Shown piece after piece: positions 1 through 8,825 of a stretch of 64,000 nucleotides of DNA. The notes beneath the pieces are model-generated. The model was not told the DNA's origin, did no database searches, and was given only the letters and a program-made list of their open reading frames with translations. Source of the DNA: Candidatus Aceula lacicola (GTDB lineage Bacteria; Omnitrophota; Gorgyraeia; Zapsychrales; Aceulaceae). Both the position numbers and the translations under genes were made by a program. The stretch is taken from assembly GCA_030765785.1 (NCBI GenBank), contig JAVCCC010000048.1, positions 872 through 64,871 of the forward strand. The letters are read 5' to 3'. How positions within the stretch are numbered: the first letter of the stretch is position 1; each line of letters begins with the position of its first letter.

Positions 1-1626
1 CTTCGAGAAAAAGCGAAGGCGCAAATGGTTCAAGCCAAAAAAGTATTTACAAAGTCTAAAAAGCAAGAAGACGATGAAGATGAAGAAGAGGAAGATGAAG
101 AAGTTTCTTCGGCGCCTCGTAAACCAAGAATCCGAATTGCAAAGCCACAGCCTTCTTCGTCAAGTGATGAGGCAGATCAGGAGCCTAGATACGTCGGAGA
201 ATATAATTTACCAGGTTTAGATTTATTAAAAGATGCTCCAGCTGTTTCTGCGCAAAAACAAGAGGATGATTTATCGGGGGGAGCAAAAATTTTAGAAGAA
301 ACGCTTGCTCAGTTTGGTGTTTCTGTTCGAGTTGTTGATATTGAACAAGGACCGGTGATTACGCGTTATGAGCTTGAGCCTGCGCCAGGAGTGAAGGTGC
401 AAAGGATTACAGCTCTTTCTGATAATATCTCTCTTGCGATGAAAGCATCTTCTGTTCGTATTTTAGCTCCAATCCCAGGAAAGAATCGTGTTGGAATTGA
501 AGTGCCGAATGGATCATCAAGCATGGTTTGTCTTAAAGAAGTTTTATCGCAAGGAAATTTTACGGCATCGAAGTCTCGTCTTACGTTAGCGCTTGGAAAA
601 GATACGGCTGGCAAGGCTATGGTTGCGGATTTAGCAGAGATGCCGCATCTTTTGGTTGCTGGAACAACTGGATCTGGAAAAACGGTTTGTTTAAATAGTA
701 TTATCTTGTCAATGCTTTATAAATATGGTCCTAATGAAGTAAAGTTTTTGATGGTTGATCCAAAGATGGTCGAGTTAAGTCAGTATAATCCGATTCCGCA
801 TTGTTTATGTCCAGCTGTAACAAATCCAAAGAAAGTAACGGCAGCGCTTCATTGGGTTGTCGGAGAGATGGAGTCGCGGTATTCACTGCTTGCAAAAACA
901 GGATCTCGCAACATTGTTGATTATCATAAAAAAGGTAATGGGATGCCCTATATTGTTGTTGTGATTGATGAGCTTGCTGATTTGATGCAGATTTGTCCTA
1001 AAGAAGTCGAGAGCGCAATTACACGCTTAGCGCAATTGTCACGAGCCGTTGGAATTCATTTGATTTTAGCGACGCAGCGACCATCAGTAGATGTTATTAC
1101 TGGTGTTATTAAAGCAAATTTTCCAGCGCGTATTTCATTTAAGGTTGCATCAAAGATTGATTCTCGAACTGTTTTAGATATGAATGGAGCTGAAAATTTG
1201 ATTGGGAAAGGTGACATGCTTTTCTTGAAGCCTGGTGAGGCAAAACCAATTCGAGGGCAGTGTTGTTATGTTTCTGATGATGAGATTGCAAAGGTTATTG
1301 ATTTTATTAAAGTTCAGCAAGAGCCCGTCTATGATGATAGCATTATTGCAAAACAAAAAATTTCTGCAACTGGTGTTTCTAGTCAGAAAGATGAGCTTCA
1401 TGATGAGGCTGTGCGTTTGGTTATTGAAACAAATCAGGCATCTGTTTCAATTTTACAGAGGCGCATGCGTTTAGGGTATACGCGGGCAGCAAGATTGATT
1501 GACATGATGGAACAGGAGGGAATCGTCGGACCATATTGCGGAAGTAAACCCCGAGAGATTCTTGTGAATCGTGAAGAATGGCTTATGAAAGACATGGAAG
1601 AGAATACGGAGAGTGAAAATGGATGA
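1..1626 (+). CDS. ftsK: DNA translocase FtsK (5'-truncated; frame is open from base 1)
   Basis: Walker A GTTGSGKT, VDPKMVEL, IDELADLM, ATQRPSVDV, C-terminal gamma domain (LQRRMRLGYTRAARLID); N-terminal TM domain lies outside the window. Confidence 0.97.
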   Translation, partial: LREKAKAQMVQAKKVFTKSKKQEDDEDEEEEDEEVSSAPRKPRIRIAKPQPSSSSDEADQEPRYVGEYNLPGLDLLKDAPAVSAQKQEDDLSGGAKILEETLAQFGVSVRVVDIEQGPVITRYELEPAPGVKVQRITALSDNISLAMKASSVRILAPIPGKNRVGIEVPNGSSSMVCLKEVLSQGNFTASKSRLTLALGKDTAGKAMVADLAEMPHLLVAGTTGSGKTVCLNSIILSMLYKYGPNEVKFLMVDPKMVELSQYNPIPHCLCPAVTNPKKVTAALHWVVGEMESRYSLLAKTGSRNIVDYHKKGNGMPYIVVVIDELADLMQICPKEVESAITRLAQLSRAVGIHLILATQRPSVDVITGVIKANFPARISFKVASKIDSRTVLDMNGAENLIGKGDMLFLKPGEAKPIRGQCCYVSDDEIAKVIDFIKVQQEPVYDDSIIAKQKISATGVSSQKDELHDEAVRLVIETNQASVSILQRRMRLGYTRAARLIDMMEQEGIVGPYCGSKPREILVNREEWLMKDMEENTESENG

Positions 1627-2404
1627 TCGTGCCCAGAAAGGTTTGATTTTAAAAGAAGCTCGAGAAGCAAAAGGGATTGCCTTAGAGACGGTTCACGAGG
1701 CAACAAAGATTCCTTTAGATGCATTAAAGGCGATTGAAGAGGGATATCGTGTTCGGACGATGACAGATTTTTATTATAGGGCATTTGTGAAATTGTATAC
1801 AAATTATTTAGGAATTGAAATTACAAAAGTTTTAGAAGATTACCAGCCTGAAGAAATCCCAAAGCCGATGGCGTTTCATCGTGGAAAGAATTTTTGGGAA
1901 GACGAAAAACCGACCATTTTTACACCAAATGTCGTTCGCAATATTATCAAGGCAGTTGTTATTATTTTTGGGATTTTTATTGTTATTCGAGTTGGAGGAT
2001 GCATTTTTAAGCGAATACCAGAAAGCAATTCTAAGAAAACAACACGAGCTAAAACCGTTAAGAAAAAATCTACGCCTATTGTTATGTCAAAGCCCATTGT
2101 GGCTAAATCTAAGCCAGGAGAAAAAAGTTCTCGTATTTCTGGAAAAAAGGTTAATCTTGTTGTGCGCGCCAAAGAAAGAACATGGTTACGTGTATCCACA
2201 GATGGAAGCGAAGTGTTCCGTTCTTCGTTATCTAAGGGTGCTGTTGAGTCTTGGGATGCGAAAGAAAGAATTGAGTTGTCCGGAAAGAATTTGCGAGGCC
2301 TTGAACTAGAGTTAAACGGAAAAGCGATTAGATCTTTAGCCGATGGCGTTCGAGGTATTCATAAGATTGTCATAACGCCTAACGGCTTTACCGTCGAAGA
2401 ATAA
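1613..2404 (+). CDS. rodZ: RodZ-family cytoskeletal protein (HTH, TM, DUF4115-like)
   Basis: N-terminal HTH (LKEAREAKGI...TKIP...AIEEG), one TM helix, Lys-rich linker, beta-rich C-domain; typical ftsK-rodZ-rimO-pgsA order; start may be ATG 1619. Confidence 0.85.
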   Translation: MKMDDRAQKGLILKEAREAKGIALETVHEATKIPLDALKAIEEGYRVRTMTDFYYRAFVKLYTNYLGIEITKVLEDYQPEEIPKPMAFHRGKNFWEDEKPTIFTPNVVRNIIKAVVIIFGIFIVIRVGGCIFKRIPESNSKKTTRAKTVKKKSTPIVMSKPIVAKSKPGEKSSRISGKKVNLVVRAKERTWLRVSTDGSEVFRSSLSKGAVESWDAKERIELSGKNLRGLELELNGKAIRSLADGVRGIHKIVITPNGFTVEE

Positions 2405-2418
2405 CATTTAAATTACTT

Positions 2419-3714
2419 GTGCAATTTTCAAAAACCCCAATCGTTGATCAAATCCCGAAGGCATCAAGCGTACGGCTTATTAATTTAGGTTGTGCTCGAA
2501 ACTTAACTGATGCGCAAACCATCTTAGGCCGGCTTAAGAAAAAAGGTCATCCTATCGTTCATAATCAAAAAGCAGATGTTGTTATTTTAAATACATGTTC
2601 TTTTATTGAGAGTGCGAAAAAAGAGACAATTGATTTAATTTTAGAGCTTATTGATTTAAAGAAAAAAAGAGTTATTAAAAAGATTGCAGTTGTTGGATGT
2701 TTTCCTCAACGTTATCCAAAACAAATGCGCAAGGAGTTTAAGGAAGTTGACTTTATCGATGGGGTTTTGGCTTTAGAAAAAGAAGAAAAAGAGGATAAAG
2801 TTATTTTAACGCCGAAATCTTATGTGTATTTAAAGATTTGTGAGAGCTGCTACAATCTTTGCCATTTTTGTGTGATTCCTAAAATTAAAGGTAAATTTGC
2901 TTCACGTTCAATAGAGTCAATTACAGAAGAAGCCACGAAATTTGATAAAAAGAGAATTAAAGAAGTTAATATTATAGGGCAAGATATTACTGCTTATGGT
3001 TTTGATATTTATAAGCGTAAAGCGCTTGTTGATTTGCTCAAAGGTTTGTTGAAAAGTACTAAGAATATTAAATGGTTTCGTCTTTTATATGCATACCCTA
3101 CGCATGTCACAGATGAATTGCTTGATCTTATGCAGGAGCAAAAACGTATTTGTCAGTATTTAGATATTCCTTTACAGCATATAAATGATAAAATTTTAAA
3201 GAATATGAATCGGAATTCTTCGAAAAGGAAAATAATCGTTTTAATTCAGAAGATACGGAAGAAAATGCCTCTTTGCTGTCTGCGCACCTCTTTTATCGTC
3301 GGATATCCTGGTGAGACAGAAGTTCAATTTAAGGAGTTATGTTTATTTGTTAGAAAGTTTCAGTTTGATCGAGTCGGTGTTTTTATGTATTCAAAAGAAG
3401 ATGGAACGAGAGCCGCGCGTTTACCTAGTCAAGTTTCAAAGAGCGTTAAACAAAGACGTTATGATGTTTTGATGAAACTTCAGCAGGAGATTTCTACTCG
3501 CAAGCTTAAGAATTTTGTTGGTAAGAAACTTTCTGTTATCATTGACGAAAAGATGAAGAATGATAAGGGAGTATACGTTGGTCGCAGTCAGTACGATGCT
3601 CCTGAAGTTGATGGCGTTGTTTATGTTGAAACAAAAAAGAAAATAAATCCAGGTGATTTTATTACAGTTGAAATAATGGACAGTTATGAGTATGATTTAA
3701 TAGGTAAATATTAA
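2419..3714 (+). CDS. rimO: Ribosomal protein S12 methylthiotransferase RimO
   Basis: LGCARN, NTCSFI, GCFPQRY, radical-SAM CxxxCxxC (CYNLCHFC), GRSQYDAPEVDG TRAM domain. Confidence 0.93.
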   Translation: MQFSKTPIVDQIPKASSVRLINLGCARNLTDAQTILGRLKKKGHPIVHNQKADVVILNTCSFIESAKKETIDLILELIDLKKKRVIKKIAVVGCFPQRYPKQMRKEFKEVDFIDGVLALEKEEKEDKVILTPKSYVYLKICESCYNLCHFCVIPKIKGKFASRSIESITEEATKFDKKRIKEVNIIGQDITAYGFDIYKRKALVDLLKGLLKSTKNIKWFRLLYAYPTHVTDELLDLMQEQKRICQYLDIPLQHINDKILKNMNRNSSKRKIIVLIQKIRKKMPLCCLRTSFIVGYPGETEVQFKELCLFVRKFQFDRVGVFMYSKEDGTRAARLPSQVSKSVKQRRYDVLMKLQQEISTRKLKNFVGKKLSVIIDEKMKNDKGVYVGRSQYDAPEVDGVVYVETKKKINPGDFITVEIMDSYEYDLIGKY

Positions 3715-3734
3715 TAAGACCAGGAGCTAGAGAA

Positions 3735-4313
3735 ATGAATCTTGCAAATAAACTAACAGTATCACGTGTTTTCTTAACGATTTTATTTATTTTCTTTATC
3801 CGTCAGGAAAGTTTGACGTTTGCCGTCTTGGCGACCGCGACGTTTATGTTAGCATCATTGACAGATTATTATGATGGGTATATTGCTCGAAAATATAATT
3901 TGGTTAGCGATTTTGGAAAATTAATGGATCCTATTGCAGATAAGTTTTTGATGCTGGCTGCTTTTCTTGCGTTTGTGCGAATGAATATTGTCGGCGATTG
4001 GATGGTTGTTCTAATCCTAGGAAGAGAAATTATTATAACGGGATTAAGAATTTTTGCTTTAAGCAAGCAAAAGGTATTGGCTGCTGAAAAAGGTGGAAAA
4101 CACAAAACTGTTTCGCAGGTGGCAGCTATTTTTATTATTTTGGGATTTATTATTTTTAAGCGATCTGTCACGATTATCTCAGGATGGTCCGAAGATGTTG
4201 AATTTTGGTGGAAAGTAGGCATCAATGTCTCAATGCTTGTGACAGTTGCCTTGACGTTAATTTCTGGAATTTCTTATGTGTGGCGAAATCGACATCTTAT
4301 AAAAACACAATGA
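3735..4313 (+). CDS. pgsA: CDP-diacylglycerol--glycerol-3-phosphate 3-phosphatidyltransferase
   Basis: NLANKLT, TDYYDGYIAR...FGKLMDPIADK CDP-alcohol phosphotransferase motif; RBS AGGAG upstream. Confidence 0.95.
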   Translation: MNLANKLTVSRVFLTILFIFFIRQESLTFAVLATATFMLASLTDYYDGYIARKYNLVSDFGKLMDPIADKFLMLAAFLAFVRMNIVGDWMVVLILGREIIITGLRIFALSKQKVLAAEKGGKHKTVSQVAAIFIILGFIIFKRSVTIISGWSEDVEFWWKVGINVSMLVTVALTLISGISYVWRNRHLIKTQ

Positions 4314-4759
4314 AAAATACATTAGTAAAAATAGTATCAACTTTTTTTGGAATTGGCTATGCGCCTATTGCGCCAGGTAGCGTTGCAAGTGTGGTTGCGG
4401 GAATTTTGTCCGTCAGTCTTTTTGGAAATATGTATCTTTACGTCTTTGTCTTTTTAGTTGTAACAATTGTCGGATTTCTTATTTCAGGGAAGATGGAACC
4501 TATCGTTAAGGAGAAAGATCCATCGTGCGTTGTTATCGACGAGGTTTCTGGTGTGATGATTACGTTTTTCATGCTGCCTAAAACATGGCCTGTTTTAATT
4601 ACAGCATTCTTTTTGTTTCGCGCATTTGATATGTTTAAGATTTATCCTGCGAACTATTTTGAGAAAAAACCAGGCGGCGTTGGCATTATGATGGATGATA
4701 TTGTAGCTGGGATTTATGCTAATTTTGTTATGCAGATTTCTTTGCTTATTCTAAGATAG
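4310..4759 (+). CDS. pgpA: Phosphatidylglycerophosphatase A
   Basis: APGSVAS, DPSCVVIDEVSG, LFRAFD..K, GIMMDD.VAG; start moved to ATG 4310 overlapping the pgsA stop (ATGA). Confidence 0.93.
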   Translation: MKNTLVKIVSTFFGIGYAPIAPGSVASVVAGILSVSLFGNMYLYVFVFLVVTIVGFLISGKMEPIVKEKDPSCVVIDEVSGVMITFFMLPKTWPVLITAFFLFRAFDMFKIYPANYFEKKPGGVGIMMDDIVAGIYANFVMQISLLILR

Positions 4760-4773
4760 AATAACTTTTAACA

Positions 4774-4925
4774 ATCCCGGAAACTTTGTTTTCGGGATAA
4801 ATTCGCGCAGATAATTTACGTTGCAATATTTATTAATATCGTTAATCCCGACACGTTGCACGTGCGGGATAAAGTTCAAAAATCTAAATGTTTAATATCC
4901 CGACACGTTGCACGTGCGGGATAAA
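4774..4925. repeat. Three GC-rich hairpin elements with ATCCCG...CGGGAT ends (REP-like)
   Basis: 4774-4798 ATCCCGGAAAC-TTT-GTTTTCGGGAT; 4845-4870 and 4897-4922 identical ATCCCGACACGTTGCACGTGCGGGAT; each followed by AAA. Confidence 0.9.
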
Positions 4926-4989
4926 TTCGTCCAGAAAGTTTACGTTTACTAGCGTTCCGTAAGCTTGGGACTTATTTGAAGGAGGTATT

Positions 4990-5766
4990 ATGAGAAGATC
5001 ATCAAATCCGACATTGAATCCGGCAATATTTTCTCAGCTTGAGGCTGCGGGAAGTGAAGGAGCAATGACCGTTCAAGGAGCGGTGAATAAAATTTTTGTT
5101 TTGCTTTTTTTAGTTATGATCACGGCATCTTGGTCATGGGGGAAAATTTTTCAGCCTGCGTCAGATCTTGGCTTAAGTCAGGAAGCTGTGCCGATTTCTG
5201 GCACATCGATTGGGCTTATTACAGTTTGTGCTATTGTCGGTTTTATTATCGCATTTGTAACTATTTTTAAAAAACAATGGTCTCAGTTTACTGCGCCAGC
5301 ATACGTGTTGTGCGAAGGTGTTGTTTTAGGTGGGCTTTCTGCAATTTTCGAAATGCAATATCCTGGCATTGTTCTTCAGGCTGTTTGCCTTACGTTTGGA
5401 GTGCTTTTTGCCATGCTTTTGATTTATAAATCAGGACTGATTAAAGTGACGCAAAAGTTTCGTATGGGTGTGGTCGCAGCAACTGCTGGAATTGCCGTTG
5501 TTTATTTCTTGAGTTTTGTCTTGGGTTTTTTTGGAATACATTTGCCTTTTATTCAAGGATCGAGTACGATGGGAATTCTTTTTAGCTTGTTTGTTGTTGG
5601 AATTGCCGCACTAAATCTTGTTTTAGATTTTGATTTTATTGATCAGGGTGCTGCTCATCGTTTGCCGAAATACATGGAGTGGTATTCTGCTTTCGGTATC
5701 ATGGTTACCTTGATTTGGCTTTATATTGAAATTCTTCGATTGCTTTCAAAGTTAAGAAGAAGGTAA
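4990..5766 (+). CDS. Bax inhibitor-1/YccA-family membrane protein
   Basis: N-terminal SSNP, MTVQGAVNK, about 7 TM helices, C-terminal LDFD.I...PKYMEWY.AFG.MVTLIWLYIEILRLL; strong RBS AAGGAGGT. Confidence 0.9.
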   Translation: MRRSSNPTLNPAIFSQLEAAGSEGAMTVQGAVNKIFVLLFLVMITASWSWGKIFQPASDLGLSQEAVPISGTSIGLITVCAIVGFIIAFVTIFKKQWSQFTAPAYVLCEGVVLGGLSAIFEMQYPGIVLQAVCLTFGVLFAMLLIYKSGLIKVTQKFRMGVVAATAGIAVVYFLSFVLGFFGIHLPFIQGSSTMGILFSLFVVGIAALNLVLDFDFIDQGAAHRLPKYMEWYSAFGIMVTLIWLYIEILRLLSKLRRR

Positions 5767-5770
5767 CAAG

Positions 5771-5810
5771 ACTTACCTATGTTTACTTTCTGTTACCTAT
5801 ATTTATCTAC
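5771..5810. repeat. Four 10-bp phased imperfect direct repeats (nnTTAYYTWY)
   Basis: acTTACCTAT/gtTTACTTTC/tgTTACCTAT/atTTATCTAC at exact 10-bp period between convergent genes. Confidence 0.6.
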
Positions 5811-6064
5811 TTATATACATAAATAACTATTCACAGCTGATAGTATAAATCTCTATACATACTTATACTTACCGGTAGTTACTTAATTTATATCCAATTA
5901 TATAATAAATTCATGTATAATGAATTTGAAGGTATCGTATATTATCTTACATTTACCCAGACTTACTTGTGCTATTATTATGTTGCAATATAATGCATGA
6001 TAGACTATATAATGTCATATATTGCAAGGAATGCAATATGTCGAGTTTTGAAATTCTTTTTTGA

Positions 6065-6535
6065 TTATTCTTGAAGAAGAACGGAGAGGAGACCAAGGGA
6101 TTTTTTACAGGCTTGAGACTTAATTGTTTTTCGAGATCCTTTGAATTGACACTGGATGCAAATATCATGTTTTTTCGAACTCGCAGCGATAAAAGCAAAA
6201 CCAATGGGTTTGTTTTTTGTGCTGCCGGTTGGGCCAGCGATTCCTGTGATTCCAATCCCGTAGTCTGAGCTAAGTGATTTGCGTGCGCCATTTGCCATTT
6301 TTATTGCAACTTGAGAGCTGACAGCGCCATGAGTTGCGATTAGCTTGGACGGGACTTTCAAGAATTTTGTTTTTGCCTCGTTTGAATACGCGACGATTCC
6401 AGCCTTTAGGAATTTAGAGCTTCCGCTAATATCTGTCAGGAAATTTGAGAGAAGGCCACCAGTGCAGGATTCGGCCAAAGATAATGTTTTTTTATTTTTA
6501 ATAAGAATTTTTGCGACTTCTTGTTCTATTCGCAT
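6065..6535 (-). CDS. cinA: CinA C-terminal domain / NMN amidohydrolase (PncC-like)
   Basis: AESCTGG, YSNEAK, HGAVS, GITGIAGP; start moved to ATG at 6535 (MRIEQEV). Confidence 0.9.
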   Translation of the reverse strand: MRIEQEVAKILIKNKKTLSLAESCTGGLLSNFLTDISGSSKFLKAGIVAYSNEAKTKFLKVPSKLIATHGAVSSQVAIKMANGARKSLSSDYGIGITGIAGPTGSTKNKPIGFAFIAASSKKHDICIQCQFKGSRKTIKSQACKKSLGLLSVLLQE

Positions 6536-6579
6536 ATCTTTATTATAAAGAATAGAAAAACATTTACAACATAAACATC

Positions 6580-6608
6580 TTGAATTTTTTGTCAAAAAGA
6601 CTTATAAT
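6580..6608 (+). promoter_or_regulatory. Sigma70-type promoter of the rib operon
   Basis: TTGAAT (6580-6585), 17 bp, TATAAT (6603-6608). Confidence 0.6.
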
Positions 6609-6676
6609 TCGTGATGCTCATTTGATTAGATTTAGAGTATATATATTAAGACTAATAATACAAAGGATGGAGTGCT

Positions 6677-7891
6677 ATGAGTAATTCAATTGAAGAAATT
6701 ATTAAGGATCTTCAGCAAGGGAAAATGATTATTGTTATTGATGATGAGGGCCGTGAAAATGAGGGTGATCTTTTAATTGCAGCAGAATTTACTAATCCAG
6801 ATCATATTAATTTTATGGCACGAGAAGCCAGAGGCCTTATTTGCATGCCAATGGAAGGCAAAAGACTTGATGAGCTTCGGCTTCATCCAATGGTTTCTAC
6901 CTTGAGTGATTGGCAAGATGAGGGAAACACCGGATGGACAGTTTCGGTCGATGCCGCTAAGAATTCGACAACTGGAATTTCAGCTGCTGATAGAGCGCAA
7001 ACAGTAAAGGTTTTGGTTGATCCTGAAACAGAGCCACAAGATTTGATTCGGCCGGGACATTTGTTTCCATTGAAGGCAAGAGAAGGCGGCGTTTTGGTTC
7101 GCGCTGGACATACTGAAGCGACAGTTGATTTGATGAGAATCTCTGGACTTTATCCAGCTGGGGTTATTTGCGAGATTATGAAGCCAGATGGAACCATGGC
7201 AAGAACTTCTGAGCTTAAGGAATTTTCTAAAAAGCATAGTTTAAAGATTTGCACAATTGATAGTATTATTGAGTATCGAAGAAAAAAAGATAAATTGATT
7301 GAAAAGTCAGGCGAAGCAAAACTCCCAACAAGGAATGGCGATTTTCAAATGATTGGCTATGATTCAACAGTTGATGGAGTTACGCATGTCGCACTTGTGC
7401 GAGGCAATGTTTCAGGTAGCGAGCCTGTTTTAGTCCGCGTTCAGTCTGAATGTTTAACTGGCGATGTTTTTGGATCAAGACGATGCGATTGTCGCGAACA
7501 ATTAGATGCAGCTTTAAGTGCTATTGAAAAAGAAGATCGTGGCATTATGCTTTATATGAGACAAGAGGGTCGAGGTATCGGATTGCAAAATAAAATTAAA
7601 GCATATCACCTTCAAGATCAGGGGATGGATACCGTTGAGGCGAATGAAGCGCTAGGGTTTGGTGCTGATTTGCGGGATTACGGTATTGGAGCGCAAATTT
7701 TAGTTGATTTAGGTGTTAAGGAAATCAGGCTTTTAACAAATAATCCAAAAAAGATTGTTGGGCTTGAGGGCTATGGTCTTAAGGTTGTTGAGCGTGTTCC
7801 TATCGTTATTCCACATAATGAAAAAAATAAGAATTATTTAAAGACTAAAAAAGAAAAGCTGGGTCATTTCCTAGAGTCTTTGAGGTTTTAA
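6677..7891 (+). CDS. ribBA: Bifunctional DHBP synthase / GTP cyclohydrolase II
   Basis: [25 protein letters not shown]; [42 protein letters not shown]. Confidence 0.97.
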   Translation: MSNSIEEIIKDLQQGKMIIVIDDEGRENEGDLLIAAEFTNPDHINFMAREARGLICMPMEGKRLDELRLHPMVSTLSDWQDEGNTGWTVSVDAAKNSTTGISAADRAQTVKVLVDPETEPQDLIRPGHLFPLKAREGGVLVRAGHTEATVDLMRISGLYPAGVICEIMKPDGTMARTSELKEFSKKHSLKICTIDSIIEYRRKKDKLIEKSGEAKLPTRNGDFQMIGYDSTVDGVTHVALVRGNVSGSEPVLVRVQSECLTGDVFGSRRCDCREQLDAALSAIEKEDRGIMLYMRQEGRGIGLQNKIKAYHLQDQGMDTVEANEALGFGADLRDYGIGAQILVDLGVKEIRLLTNNPKKIVGLEGYGLKVVERVPIVIPHNEKNKNYLKTKKEKLGHFLESLRF

Positions 7892-7892
7892 T

Positions 7893-8363
7893 ATGGCAAA
7901 AGTAATTCAAGGGGGCAAAAAAGGAAAAGGCATTAAGCTTGGGGTTGTTGTTTCCAAGTTTAATGATTTTATTACATCTAAACTTTTAGATGGATGTCTT
8001 GAAGAGTTATCCAAAAATGGTGTCAAGAAAAGTGATGTCATTGTTGTCTGGGTTCCGGGGGCATGGGAGATTCCTATTGTCGCACTTCAATTGGCTAAAA
8101 AGAAAAATATACACGGCGTCATTTGTCTCGGTGCTGTAATCCGCGGAGAGACATCGCATTTTGATTTTGTTGCACGCGGTGCCTGCGAGGGCATTCAAGA
8201 AATTGCGCTTTCAACAGGCAAACCCGCGATTCTCGGTGTTTTAACGACAGATACAATTGATCAGGCATATAAGCGTTCTGGGAAAAATAATAACAAGGGA
8301 CATGATGCTGCAATAGCAGCTATTGAAATGGTTGATGCTTTAAAGAAGTTAAAGAAAATATAG
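7893..8363 (+). CDS. ribH: 6,7-dimethyl-8-ribityllumazine synthase
   Basis: SKFNDFIT, VPGAWEIP, LGAVIRGETSHFD, GVLTTD. Confidence 0.96.
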   Translation: MAKVIQGGKKGKGIKLGVVVSKFNDFITSKLLDGCLEELSKNGVKKSDVIVVWVPGAWEIPIVALQLAKKKNIHGVICLGAVIRGETSHFDFVARGACEGIQEIALSTGKPAILGVLTTDTIDQAYKRSGKNNNKGHDAAIAAIEMVDALKKLKKI

Positions 8364-8396
8364 TTTTGGGTCTTTGATTAAAAACAGAGTTTATAA

Positions 8397-8825
8397 ATGC
8401 GAAAACGAACATTAGCTCGTGAATTAGTTTTAAAAGTTCTTTATCAGGCTGATATAAGAAAAGAGCCTGTGTCTGCAATTGCCCAAAGTTTTTCTGACCT
8501 TTCCGAAATCAACGATAGTGAAATTAAAAGTTTTGCCCAAACTCTTCTCTCGGGTATCGAGATAAACTCAAAAGAAATCGACGCAAAGATTCTTAAATAT
8601 GCCTCCAATTGGGATTTGGACCGCATGGCATTTATAGATCGCAATATTTTAAGAATGGGTATTTTTGAATTGTTGTATATGCCAGATGTTCCATCAAAAG
8701 TTTCCATCAACGAAGCTATTGAGCTTGCAAAAAAATATGGCGATATTGAATCAAGTAGATTTGTAAACGGAATCTTAGATAAAGCGCACAAAACAAATCC
8801 AGTCGTGAAAGATAAGAAATCGTGA
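8397..8825 (+). CDS. nusB: Transcription antitermination factor NusB
   Basis: RKRTLARE, DRNILR, VSINEAIELAKKYG, FVNGILD; follows ribH. Confidence 0.95.
   Translation: MRKRTLARELVLKVLYQADIRKEPVSAIAQSFSDLSEINDSEIKSFAQTLLSGIEINSKEIDAKILKYASNWDLDRMAFIDRNILRMGIFELLYMPDVPSKVSINEAIELAKKYGDIESSRFVNGILDKAHKTNPVVKDKKS

Noticed and set aside
64-105. GAA/GAT low-complexity tract
   Set aside because: It encodes the acidic part of the FtsK linker, which is normally low complexity.
4774-4925. CRISPR array
   Set aside because: Only two identical repeats, unequal gaps (46 and 26 nt), flanks resemble each other, and no cas genes; kept as a REP-like repeat.
5925-6020. dif site (CGTATATTATCTTACAT; GATAG-ACTATA-TAATGTCATAT)
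   Set aside because: Each resembles only part of dif; neither has the ATAA-N6-TTATG core, and such partial matches are expected in very AT-rich DNA.
5767-6064. oriC
   Set aside because: No perfect DnaA box, no dnaA/dnaN/gidA context, and gene orientation and apparent strand bias do not switch across it.
6536-6676. FMN riboswitch before ribBA
   Set aside because: The leader after the predicted promoter is only about 60 nt, AT-rich, and lacks RFN motifs.
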